Positions 20,136 through 29,011 of a DNA stretch of 64,000 nucleotides are shown one piece after another. Source of the stretch: a virus; the IMG/VR virus record IMGVR_UViG_3300034061_000981, positions 43,620 through 107,619 of that record; one strand, written 5' to 3'. Position 1 is the stretch's first letter. The number at the start of each line of letters is the position of its first letter. The translations under genes were made by a program, and so were the position numbers. A model generated the notes under the pieces. The model was not told the DNA's origin. It ran no database searches and worked only from the letters and a program-made list of their open reading frames with translations.

Positions 20136-21625
20136 ACTATATCGGTATAAGTGCAGGCTTCCATGATGCGGCCCTAAGCGTCATAGATAGTAACGGCAAT
20201 ATTGTCTTTGCTGGTCATAGTGAACGCTACAGCAAACAAAAACATGACAAACATTTGTCAATGGGTATTGTTGAGGATGCGTTAACTTATTGTAACGATG
20301 AAGTTGAGATTCACTATTACGAACGTCCAGGGATGAAGTTTTTGCGACAATTACGTTCAGGTGAAAAGCCTAAACTATCTAGTTTATCTGTTAAAGAAAC
20401 AATAGGCACAGGCTTATTGCATAAACTACAAGATGGTCGTGGTGGCAAAGTGCATACACATAATCATCACTTGAGTCATGCCGCCGCCGGCTTTCAAACA
20501 AGCCCCTACGATGATGCTACTGTAGTTGTTATCGATGCTATCGGTGAGTTTGATACTATTAGTATCTGGAACGCATGGTATGATAAGAACGGTAAGGCAC
20601 AATATAAAAAGTTGTGGGGGCAAAAGTATCCAGACAGTATTGGCTTATTCTATTCAGCAATGACTGAAAGAGTAGGCTTACGCCCACTAGATGAAGAATA
20701 CATACTGATGGGTATGGCAGCTTACGGTAAATCAAATCCAGTAGATAAAATGTCTACTGAATTAATAGAATCATACAAAGACATTACATTCAAAGACAAT
20801 TTACATACAGGTGTACCAAATACTTTCTTAGAAGGTGTTGACGAAATGAGTATTGCTACTAGCGCACAATTGATTGCTGAACAACTAATAATGAATGTTA
20901 TTAGCAAAGCAAAAAGTTTAGGTGGTAGTAAAAACCTAGTATACGGTGGCGGTGTAGCATTAAATTGTTTAGCAAATAGATTGCTAGGAGAGTATTATGA
21001 CAACATTTGGATTATACCTAATCCCGGTGACGCTGGTTCTAGTCTCGGAGCAGCCTGTATCGGTTATGGTAAACGTGTTAATTGGACTAATGCTTTCCTC
21101 GGCTATGATATTACTGGGCCTTATCCTGCTAATCGTATCATTGATTGTTTGGTTACTGATAAGATTGTGGGGGTTGCTAGTGGGAGGGCGGAATTCGGCC
21201 CGAGAGCATTAGGCAATAGAAGTTTATTAGCTGATCCAAGAGGAACAGAAATTAAGGATAAAGTAAATGAAATTAAACGTAGACAAAAGTTCAGACCTTT
21301 CGCCCCGGTCATTCTGGAGGAGTATGCTGATGATTATTTTGATATGCCTCCTGGCTTCAATAATAGTAGGTATATGCAAGTCATCGCTCGCTGTAGGCAT
21401 CCTGACTTATTTCCTGCTATCGTTCACGCTGACGGGACTAGTAGGGTACAGACTGTTCCGAAAGATGGAAGTGGAATAAGAGAACTATTAGAGAAGTGGT
21501 ATGTATTAACAGGTTGCCCAATGCTACTTAATACAAGTTTAAATATTCGAGGAGAGCCAATGGTAAATGACCGAAAAGATGCGGATCGCTTTGAATTAAT
21601 GTATAATGTAAAAGTTATATCATAA
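20132..21625 (+). CDS. O-carbamoyltransferase (NodU/CmcH/TobZ family)
   Basis: HDAA, HHLSHAA, MGMAAYG, GGVALNC, EFGPRALGNRS, FRPFAP, LLNTSLN. Confidence 0.95.
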   Translation: MNYIGISAGFHDAALSVIDSNGNIVFAGHSERYSKQKHDKHLSMGIVEDALTYCNDEVEIHYYERPGMKFLRQLRSGEKPKLSSLSVKETIGTGLLHKLQDGRGGKVHTHNHHLSHAAAGFQTSPYDDATVVVIDAIGEFDTISIWNAWYDKNGKAQYKKLWGQKYPDSIGLFYSAMTERVGLRPLDEEYILMGMAAYGKSNPVDKMSTELIESYKDITFKDNLHTGVPNTFLEGVDEMSIATSAQLIAEQLIMNVISKAKSLGGSKNLVYGGGVALNCLANRLLGEYYDNIWIIPNPGDAGSSLGAACIGYGKRVNWTNAFLGYDITGPYPANRIIDCLVTDKIVGVASGRAEFGPRALGNRSLLADPRGTEIKDKVNEIKRRQKFRPFAPVILEEYADDYFDMPPGFNNSRYMQVIARCRHPDLFPAIVHADGTSRVQTVPKDGSGIRELLEKWYVLTGCPMLLNTSLNIRGEPMVNDRKDADRFELMYNVKVIS

Positions 21626-21635
21626 GTAAGAGTCT

Positions 21636-24600
21636 ATGCTAAGAGATGTATTTTATTACGGTAAAAAGCCCAACGTTCACCCAAGAGAAAAATTTGCAAC
21701 TTCATTAGAAGATGCAAGACAGCAATCAACTACAGAACATTTTTGGATAATCAATGAATACTGTGATTATCGCAATTTTGATTGGGACTTTGATTTTGAT
21801 TTTTTACCTGACGAAGATGTATGGGCAGAAGCACATATTAACGTGTGGCCTAGCCAACATCAAAAAGATAGTGGCACCTGGCTAGTTAATACTGATAACA
21901 CATCATCACTAATAATCTATCGTGCAGATGTTGACGTTGTTAACCGTAAGAAAATTAAAACAGATGAATGGGTTGAGTTAGATTCAATTGACAACTCTAA
22001 GTTTGATTTTAGTTGGCATCCTGATCCGACAGATCCTCCTTATATCTATAAATGGGGTAATAAATTCGCACCTGTACGATTTAAACCATGCTTAGAATAT
22101 CATACACCGGGCGCTACTCAAATTAAGTATATGGATCAGATTGCTGAATTGTTGCCCAACGACTGTTGGGTTGAAGTTCAACAAATAGATAAAGATAAAT
22201 TTGACATGTCATGGAGACCTGATCCAATGGAACCTCCTATGATATATATATGGGGTAATAAGTATGTACCTGCAAAAACAGCATCTACATTAGAGTATCA
22301 TGTTCCCGGTGCAACGGAAAAGAAATTCATGCCGGAAAAGCTAACATTAGTAGCTAACATGAATAATTGGGATCTATTAGAAAACGTTGATAAAAATAAT
22401 TTTGACTTTGCTTGGATACCTGATCCAACTAGTCCTCCATATATCTATGTATGGGGTAATCAATGGAATAAGCCAGAAGATAAAATCTCTATTCAATATG
22501 TAGTAGAGGGCGCAACCGAATACAAATACATGGAAGCACGTACTACACGCAAGCCATGCATGGACAACTGGATAGTACCTGCTAATGTTGATGTAAGTAA
22601 TTTTGATTTTAGTTGGGAACCTAGTCCAGCTGACCCTGCGTTTATCTACCAGTTTGGTACGCAATGGCAAAAGACTAATGGCCCTCGTTATATAGTAGAA
22701 GATGCAACAGAAGTTAAGTTTGTATCAACAATGTCTGCTAAAGCGTTACCTACAAAAGATAATTGGACATTACCTAGTAATATTGATATTGCTGATTTTG
22801 ACTTCAGTTGGCACCCAGATGATACTAGCCCTCCATACATTTATGTATTTCCTACACAGTGGGCATTAAGCGGTGGACCAATATATACAGTTGACGGCGC
22901 CACAGAAATTAAGTATGTAGAAGACATGGTTGCTAAAGCAATCCCCGATAAAACTAACTGGGAAGTCCCTACATACATTGATAGTGAATCATTTGATTTC
23001 TCATGGCATCCATATGCACAAGATGAACCATACATTTATCAATTTGGTACACAATGGCAAAAGACAGGTGGTCCGGTATATAATACACCTGGTGTTCATA
23101 AGAATAGTGCAATCAAATATATTGATACACGTATTATAAAGTCAAAACGTTTACCTTCTAAAAGGGGATTTGCTACGCTAGGTAACTTACAAATCAAAGA
23201 TTTTGATTACTCATGGCATCCAGATACAACTGACGAGCCATACATCTATGTGTTCGGCAACAACTTCTACTCAGGTGAGTTCATGCCTACAATTGAATAC
23301 GTTGTACCGGGTGCAAAACAAATTAAGTATGTACATGACATTGTTGCTACGCTAGCAGTTGATATGACAAACTGGGAAGTACCGGAGAACGTTGATGTTA
23401 CAGGAATTGATTTCAGTTGGAAACCTAATCCCAAAGATCCTCCATTCATCTATCAGTTTGGTACACAACATCAAAAAACAGGTGGGCCTAGATATGTTGT
23501 GCCAAGCGCAACAGAAGTCAAGTACGTTGAAGAACCTAAAGCAAAGGCGTTTGCCTCAAAAGATAACTGGGAAGTTCCTACTAATATTGATGTAGCTGAA
23601 TTTGATTTCTCTTGGCACCCGGATTATAGCGAACCACCATACATATATGTGTTTGGAACACAGTGGGCGTTAACTGGTGGACCTAAGTATATTGTACCTG
23701 GCGCAACAGAAGTCAAGTACATTGATACTATTGTTGCAAAGGCTGCCCCCAACAGAACGCACTGGTCAGTACCTGATGATATTGATTCTACTACGTTTGA
23801 CTTCTCATGGCACCCATATGCCGAAGATGAACCTTATATCTATCAATTCGGTACTCAGTGGCAGAAAACAGGCGGTCCGATATACATGCCACCTGAAGCT
23901 GACGCAACCTGCTTTACAAAATATATTGACACACGTATTCTTAAAGCAACTAAGTTGCCTCATAAGAAATATTGGTCAGTCGCTGAGGGTGTTAAAGTAG
24001 CAGAGTTTGATTACTCATGGCACCATGATGAGACAGAAGAACCATATATCTATGTGTTCGGTAATAATCTCTATTCAGGTGAGATTATGCCTACTGTAAT
24101 TTATACTGTTCCGAGCGCAACAAAAACAAAATACATTTCTACTGTTCTTGCTAAGTTAGCTAACAATATGGACAACTGGGATGTACCCTCTAATTTAGAT
24201 ACAAGTGACTTTGACTTTAGCTGGGTACCTAATCCCAAAGAACCTGCATACATATATCAGTTCGGCACACAACATCAACGTACAGGTGGACCTCGTTACA
24301 TAGTCCCGGGCGCCACTGAAGTTAAGTATATTGATGTTAAAGCTAAACGATTGCATACTAGAGACAACTGGATCGTCCCTGATAACATTGATGAATCAAG
24401 TATTGATTTCAGTTGGCATCCAGACGATACAGAATCTCCATACATATATCATTTTGGAACACAATGGAATAATAGGGGAGGCCCGGAGTATCATGTTCAG
24501 GGAGCTACTGAATTAAAATATTCATCTAACATTGTCGGTAAAACTAAAAAGTCTAAGCAAGGTTGGAAATCATTAATTCAGATTGAAGAAGATAAGTTTG

Positions 24601-27326
24601 ACTACAGTTGGGTACCTCATCCGTACGATCCACCTTACATTTATGTATTTGGCAATCAGTGGAACGTTGCTGAGTTAGAACCTACTGTTGAATATGTTGT
24701 TGAAGGTGCTACTGAAAAGAAATATATACATGATATTGTAGCAACTGTTGCTCAACGTAAACATGATTGGAACATACTTGAAGATGTTGAGAGTTTCGAT
24801 TATTCATGGAGACCTAATCCAACTGATCCAGCATATACTTACGTGTTTGGTAATAAACAATATCCCGGCAACATCATGCCTACTGTCACCTTGACTATCG
24901 AAGGTGCAACACAAGAAAAATTTGTTGATGATATTGTTGCTACCTTGGCACAAGATATTAGTAAGTTTACTAACACAAAATTAATTAAAGAGTTTGATTA
25001 TTCATGGAGACCGAATCCTAAGGATCCCCCGTATATATACCAGTTTGGTACACAATGGGCAAAGACACATGGTCCACAATATATCATTGAAGGTGCAACA
25101 GAAACAAAATATGTTGAAAGTGTAAAAGCAGTTATTGCACCAAACATGACTCATTGGGAAGTTCCTTCTGGTGTCAATGTGAGCAAATTTGATTTCTCTT
25201 GGCATCCAGATGCTAACAGCCCACCCTACATCTATCAGTTTGGTACTATCAGTGATCCTAGCGATGGTCCTAGATATGTTGTTCCCGGAGCAACAGAAGT
25301 TGTTAACATGGAAAGAATTGAAATTGTAGGAAACGTATTTGTTGATTATCCTAAATACTTTATTGAGACAACACTAGAGGCATTGATTGAGCAACATAAA
25401 GGTGAAGTATTCTGGGCATTGAATAATGAGATTGATTACACTAACTTTGATTTCAACTGGAGACCTGATATTCAACAGGCTCATTATGTACACGCATTTG
25501 GTTCAAGTGAGAGTGAAACAACACAAACTTACTTTATCAATAGTAACATGTGGGTGAACGGATACAGAGAACTAAATTGGGTCAAAGATGAAAAACTTGA
25601 CGACCAAACACTTGCTAAGTTGTTTAAGAAACCAGATATGTTCTTTGTTGATAAGGGTAATAGTGAAGCACAAGACCGTTTTGATAAACTAAAACAACGA
25701 TTCCCTACTATACAAAAAACAAGATATTTAAATACGTGGGTTGATACTATCAACCGTTGTATTAATCGTGCAACTACTAACTTGTGCTGGATATTAAATT
25801 CAGAATTAAATTACGATCACTTTGACTTTGAATATTATCCTAATCCTTGGCAGATGAAAATGGTTCATGTGTTCGGGACTCAGTGGAGTCACTGGGGTAC
25901 AACGTTCATGGTTAACCGCGAAACGTTTACTACTGATACCAAGTATGTCAAAATCATTGAACATTTGAATAATATTAACTTTGTCAAAGATCGTACAGCT
26001 ATAGCAACAAATATATTATATGACACAGTTTACATTGACCATGGAAACAAACCAGTTCCAATGAACACATTGGTCATTGAATATGATGAAAGTTATCTCA
26101 AAACGTTTAAAAAGTTACTAGAAAAGTTACCTAATAAAAAAGAACATTTTGTTTGGGTTATTAGTTCTATATGTGATTACAATGGTTTTGACTTTACATA
26201 CATTTGTGATCCATTTGCACGTGACCAACTACATGTATTCCCTAGCGACAAACAAAAGTTTGGTGATACATTCTTAGTTAATGTGAACAAACTACGTGAG
26301 TTAATTGATAATGTTGAAGAATTAAAAGATATTAAGGTTAACTACAATCAACACATGCGAGTAAAACGTTTACCCGCGCCAACTATTATTACAGAAGGTG
26401 ATACACATGTCTCTGCTATTCATATTGATTTTGATTTCCCTTATGCTACGTTTCAAACGATTGACAACCAAGAAATAAAAGTTGTTGATGTTGAGCCAAT
26501 GAATCTTTGGAGTAAAGAAACAAAAACTATTCAAATTACTAGTGTCGGTGGAACAAGAATTGTTGTTCCTAAAGAAACAAGAGATCATGTAAAGCGTGAA
26601 TTGTATGATTATCCATACATTCAAACTAACAAAACATTAGCCAAGTCTACTCCAATGGACATTGTATTCTTAAGCAATGGCGAGACTGGTGCAGACGAAA
26701 ACTATGAACACTTAATAAGGACAACACAGGGGTTATCTAATCGTGTTGTGCGTGTTGATGGGGTTAATGGTCGTGTGCAAGCATATCATGCCGCGGCAGA
26801 AGCAAGCAACACACCTTGGATGTTTACTGTATTTGCTAAGTTAAAAGTTAGTAATAAGTTTGATTGGAACTGGCAACCAGATAGATTACAGATACCAAAA
26901 CATTATGTATTCCATGCAAAGAATCCAGTTAACGGTTTAATATATGGTCACCAAGCTATGATTGCGTATAATAAGAAACTAACACTTGCTAACAAAGGTA
27001 AGGGTCTTGACTTTACAATGGATGATGAGCATGAGGTTGTAGAAATTGTTTCGGGTACAGCTAATTTCAATACTGATGAATGGAGTACATGGCGTACTAG
27101 TTTCCGTGAAGCACTAAAGTTACGTGCCAATAATGATGAGATTAGTAAGAATCGCTTAGAGTTTTGGTTGACAGTTGGGTCAGGCAAGTTTTCCCAATAC
27201 AGTATAGATGGTGCGGCTGATGCGGTAGACTACTATGAATCAGTCAATGGTGATTTTGAGAAGTTAAAGTTGTCATATGATTGGCCGTGGTTAAACCAAA
27301 TGTTCAATAAAAAATATAAGAAATGA
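21636..27326 (+). CDS. 1896-aa repeat protein with about 17 tandem W/P-rich repeats and a C-terminal glycosyltransferase-like region
   Basis: Repeated FDFSWHP..PPYIYQFGTQW..TGGP.Y.VPGATEVKY; C-terminal DIVFLSNGE...RVDGVNG..AYHAAA. Confidence 0.7.
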   Translation: MLRDVFYYGKKPNVHPREKFATSLEDARQQSTTEHFWIINEYCDYRNFDWDFDFDFLPDEDVWAEAHINVWPSQHQKDSGTWLVNTDNTSSLIIYRADVDVVNRKKIKTDEWVELDSIDNSKFDFSWHPDPTDPPYIYKWGNKFAPVRFKPCLEYHTPGATQIKYMDQIAELLPNDCWVEVQQIDKDKFDMSWRPDPMEPPMIYIWGNKYVPAKTASTLEYHVPGATEKKFMPEKLTLVANMNNWDLLENVDKNNFDFAWIPDPTSPPYIYVWGNQWNKPEDKISIQYVVEGATEYKYMEARTTRKPCMDNWIVPANVDVSNFDFSWEPSPADPAFIYQFGTQWQKTNGPRYIVEDATEVKFVSTMSAKALPTKDNWTLPSNIDIADFDFSWHPDDTSPPYIYVFPTQWALSGGPIYTVDGATEIKYVEDMVAKAIPDKTNWEVPTYIDSESFDFSWHPYAQDEPYIYQFGTQWQKTGGPVYNTPGVHKNSAIKYIDTRIIKSKRLPSKRGFATLGNLQIKDFDYSWHPDTTDEPYIYVFGNNFYSGEFMPTIEYVVPGAKQIKYVHDIVATLAVDMTNWEVPENVDVTGIDFSWKPNPKDPPFIYQFGTQHQKTGGPRYVVPSATEVKYVEEPKAKAFASKDNWEVPTNIDVAEFDFSWHPDYSEPPYIYVFGTQWALTGGPKYIVPGATEVKYIDTIVAKAAPNRTHWSVPDDIDSTTFDFSWHPYAEDEPYIYQFGTQWQKTGGPIYMPPEADATCFTKYIDTRILKATKLPHKKYWSVAEGVKVAEFDYSWHHDETEEPYIYVFGNNLYSGEIMPTVIYTVPSATKTKYISTVLAKLANNMDNWDVPSNLDTSDFDFSWVPNPKEPAYIYQFGTQHQRTGGPRYIVPGATEVKYIDVKAKRLHTRDNWIVPDNIDESSIDFSWHPDDTESPYIYHFGTQWNNRGGPEYHVQGATELKYSSNIVGKTKKSKQGWKSLIQIEEDKFDYSWVPHPYDPPYIYVFGNQWNVAELEPTVEYVVEGATEKKYIHDIVATVAQRKHDWNILEDVESFDYSWRPNPTDPAYTYVFGNKQYPGNIMPTVTLTIEGATQEKFVDDIVATLAQDISKFTNTKLIKEFDYSWRPNPKDPPYIYQFGTQWAKTHGPQYIIEGATETKYVESVKAVIAPNMTHWEVPSGVNVSKFDFSWHPDANSPPYIYQFGTISDPSDGPRYVVPGATEVVNMERIEIVGNVFVDYPKYFIETTLEALIEQHKGEVFWALNNEIDYTNFDFNWRPDIQQAHYVHAFGSSESETTQTYFINSNMWVNGYRELNWVKDEKLDDQTLAKLFKKPDMFFVDKGNSEAQDRFDKLKQRFPTIQKTRYLNTWVDTINRCINRATTNLCWILNSELNYDHFDFEYYPNPWQMKMVHVFGTQWSHWGTTFMVNRETFTTDTKYVKIIEHLNNINFVKDRTAIATNILYDTVYIDHGNKPVPMNTLVIEYDESYLKTFKKLLEKLPNKKEHFVWVISSICDYNGFDFTYICDPFARDQLHVFPSDKQKFGDTFLVNVNKLRELIDNVEELKDIKVNYNQHMRVKRLPAPTIITEGDTHVSAIHIDFDFPYATFQTIDNQEIKVVDVEPMNLWSKETKTIQITSVGGTRIVVPKETRDHVKRELYDYPYIQTNKTLAKSTPMDIVFLSNGETGADENYEHLIRTTQGLSNRVVRVDGVNGRVQAYHAAAEASNTPWMFTVFAKLKVSNKFDWNWQPDRLQIPKHYVFHAKNPVNGLIYGHQAMIAYNKKLTLANKGKGLDFTMDDEHEVVEIVSGTANFNTDEWSTWRTSFREALKLRANNDEISKNRLEFWLTVGSGKFSQYSIDGAADAVDYYESVNGDFEKLKLSYDWPWLNQMFNKKYKK
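21990..25310 (+). repeat. About 17 tandem 65-70 aa coding repeats with a four-unit higher-order period
   Basis: Equivalent units begin at 22602, 23406 and 24210 (804-nt spacing). Confidence 0.85.
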
Positions 27327-28348
27327 ATTACGCATGTATTAATCAATGGAACAGGCCATCATGGTCTAGTTTCAAAGAAAAAGTAATGAACGGTAACTAC
27401 GAGAAGGTCATCTTGTTTGGTCAAAATGAGTGGGCATGGTTCTATCAGGGACCTGAGTTTTATGAACTAGTGGATTATTGTAAAGAAAAAAACATACATT
27501 TTGAGATTGTGACTGGCGCCAATGAAAAAAACTATCCATTTCAAATGGATCACGTTAAAATTAATTGGTGGGATACACATTGGATAGGTAAAACATATCA
27601 GGACTTGATATGCAATAATAAACCTACTGGATTGCCTCTTAGAGTCATTGATCCGTATAAAGATATTCAGTATGATCATCATTTTATATCAATGAACAAT
27701 AGACTACATAAACATAGATGTTTGTTCCTTGACTATATGGCTAAGCACGATTTGATGAAATATGGTGCAGTGTCAATTCACTATGGTGAACATTCTGTAA
27801 ATTATAAATGGCAATATCTTGACTATAAACCCATGTATCTATCAGATGGGGTAGAATTTAATCAGTATAAATTACCTGACCAATATTTTAATTCATTTGC
27901 ACAATTAATTAGTGAAAGTACAAACAAGGCTTTGTTTTTAACCGAAAAAACTGCAACTCCTTTGATAATAGGCAAACCATTTTTGGTTGCTAGCCAAATG
28001 AACTTTCATAAGATGTTACGTGAAATGGGGTTTCAGTTATATGATGAAATCTTTGATTACGAATTTGACAGTGAACCAGCTGTAAATAAACGTTATGATA
28101 TGATAATGCAAAACTTTGTTAGATTATGTAATATACCACTTAGCGAATTAAAATATTTACAACAACAGTTGGCACCGAAGATTATGCATAATAGAAACAG
28201 AGCTAAAGAGATTGCATATGATTTGAATCTCTACCCAAAAATTGTATTGGAAGTCATTGACCACTACAAAAAAACAGGAATCAATTTGGACAATAATACG
28301 GTGTATTTTCACTTGAATTTAGAAAGACACCGAGATTTAAAGTTCTGA
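27323..28348 (+). CDS. Putative glycosyltransferase, GT10-like paralog 8
   Basis: FISMNNRLHKHR, QLISEST, FLTEKTATP, KPF, DEIFDYEFD. Confidence 0.55.
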   Translation: MNYACINQWNRPSWSSFKEKVMNGNYEKVILFGQNEWAWFYQGPEFYELVDYCKEKNIHFEIVTGANEKNYPFQMDHVKINWWDTHWIGKTYQDLICNNKPTGLPLRVIDPYKDIQYDHHFISMNNRLHKHRCLFLDYMAKHDLMKYGAVSIHYGEHSVNYKWQYLDYKPMYLSDGVEFNQYKLPDQYFNSFAQLISESTNKALFLTEKTATPLIIGKPFLVASQMNFHKMLREMGFQLYDEIFDYEFDSEPAVNKRYDMIMQNFVRLCNIPLSELKYLQQQLAPKIMHNRNRAKEIAYDLNLYPKIVLEVIDHYKKTGINLDNNTVYFHLNLERHRDLKF

Positions 28349-28354
28349 ACAGGC

Positions 28355-28383
28355 TTGACATAAATACAGAAAGATAATATAAT
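28355..28383 (+). promoter_or_regulatory. Consensus sigma70 promoter for the tmRNA gene
   Basis: TTGACA-17-TATAAT; an ATAAATA late-type motif overlaps the -35/spacer. Confidence 0.8.
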
Positions 28384-28389
28384 TAGTTA

Positions 28390-28750
28390 TATTAATATTG
28401 CTGTATGAAGCAAAGAGAAAAGTGTCTTGGACGGGGGTGCGAATCCCCCCAGGTCCACCAATAAGGATGATTATGAACGTTGCACAAACATTAAAAGTTA
28501 CAGGCTATCTAGTAGGTGCGTACATTGCTTACAAGTTAGGTCTTGAAGTGTGGTGTGTTGTTTATGGACTACTTTATTGATGGGCCTGACCTAGATTCGA
28601 CAGGGCAACAAGTAAATTAGTGGACAGCTCGGCAAAGCAGAAGCCGTTAGGGTTGGGGGAACTCGGCCAAAGAAGCAAAAACCATAAACGCAAACGATAG
28701 CGTATATTCCTTGGCCGCTTGAGGTTAAGGTGCAGTAGGACTTACTGTAT
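28390..28750 (+). ncRNA. ssrA: Circularly permuted (two-piece) tmRNA: acceptor piece about 28390-28460, coding piece from 28582; tag ANDSVYSLAA*
   Basis: 3' end GGGGG-TGCGAAT-CCCCC-CAGGTCC-A-CCA precedes 5' end GGGCCTG-ACCTAGATTCGAC; acceptor stem has G3.U70; tag GCAAAC...GCCGCTTGA at 28690-28722. Confidence 0.92.
28473..28580 (+). CDS. 35-aa hydrophobic peptide inside the tmRNA intervening segment
   Basis: TAAGGA SD just after the CCA; MNVAQTLKVTGYLVGAYIAYKLGLEVWCVVYGLLY; stop ends 1 nt before the tmRNA 5' G. Confidence 0.6.
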   Translation: MNVAQTLKVTGYLVGAYIAYKLGLEVWCVVYGLLY

Positions 28751-28765
28751 TAAATAAAAAACCAC

Positions 28766-28792
28766 AATAGGAGCTTCGGCTCCTATTTGTTT
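28766..28792 (+). terminator. Intrinsic terminator with C(UUCG)G loop
   Basis: AATAGGAGC-TTCG-GCTCCTATT followed by T-rich sequence. Confidence 0.75.
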
Positions 28793-28908
28793 GGGTATTC
28801 CCAAGTCCATGAACCATCGGGTAATACTTTTTTCCTTCTACCAGTAACAGTAGATGACAACTTACTTGCTCCTTTTTTACCAAATACTCTTACTTTTTGT
28901 GTAAACAA
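28783..28908 (-). pseudogene. Possible remnant of a homing-endonuclease C-terminal DNA-binding tail
   Basis: Minus-strand frame ...GASKLSSTVTGRRKKVLPDGSWTWEYPNK*, no good start or SD. Confidence 0.3.
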
Positions 28909-29011
28909 ATAGTATACTTTGCTACATGAACTATTTTATTGGGTTGATGTTAGCTCAATAAATATTAGTCTAACTTGTTGAGAGACAGGTTTATTTTTAA
29001 AGGAAAATCTT

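Noticed and set aside
21990-25310. CRISPR array or diversity-generating retroelement repeats
   Set aside because: The repeats are degenerate at synonymous positions, in frame and protein-level; no identical DNA repeats and no reverse transcriptase were seen
28425-28460. Possible tRNA gene or attP-like tRNA fragment
   Set aside because: There is no anticodon arm, and it pairs with the downstream GGGCCTG and tag region, so it is permuted tmRNA; no integrase is in the window
28398-28580. 60-aa ORF from the track
   Set aside because: Its first 25 codons run through the tmRNA acceptor piece; only the part from ATG 28473 has an SD
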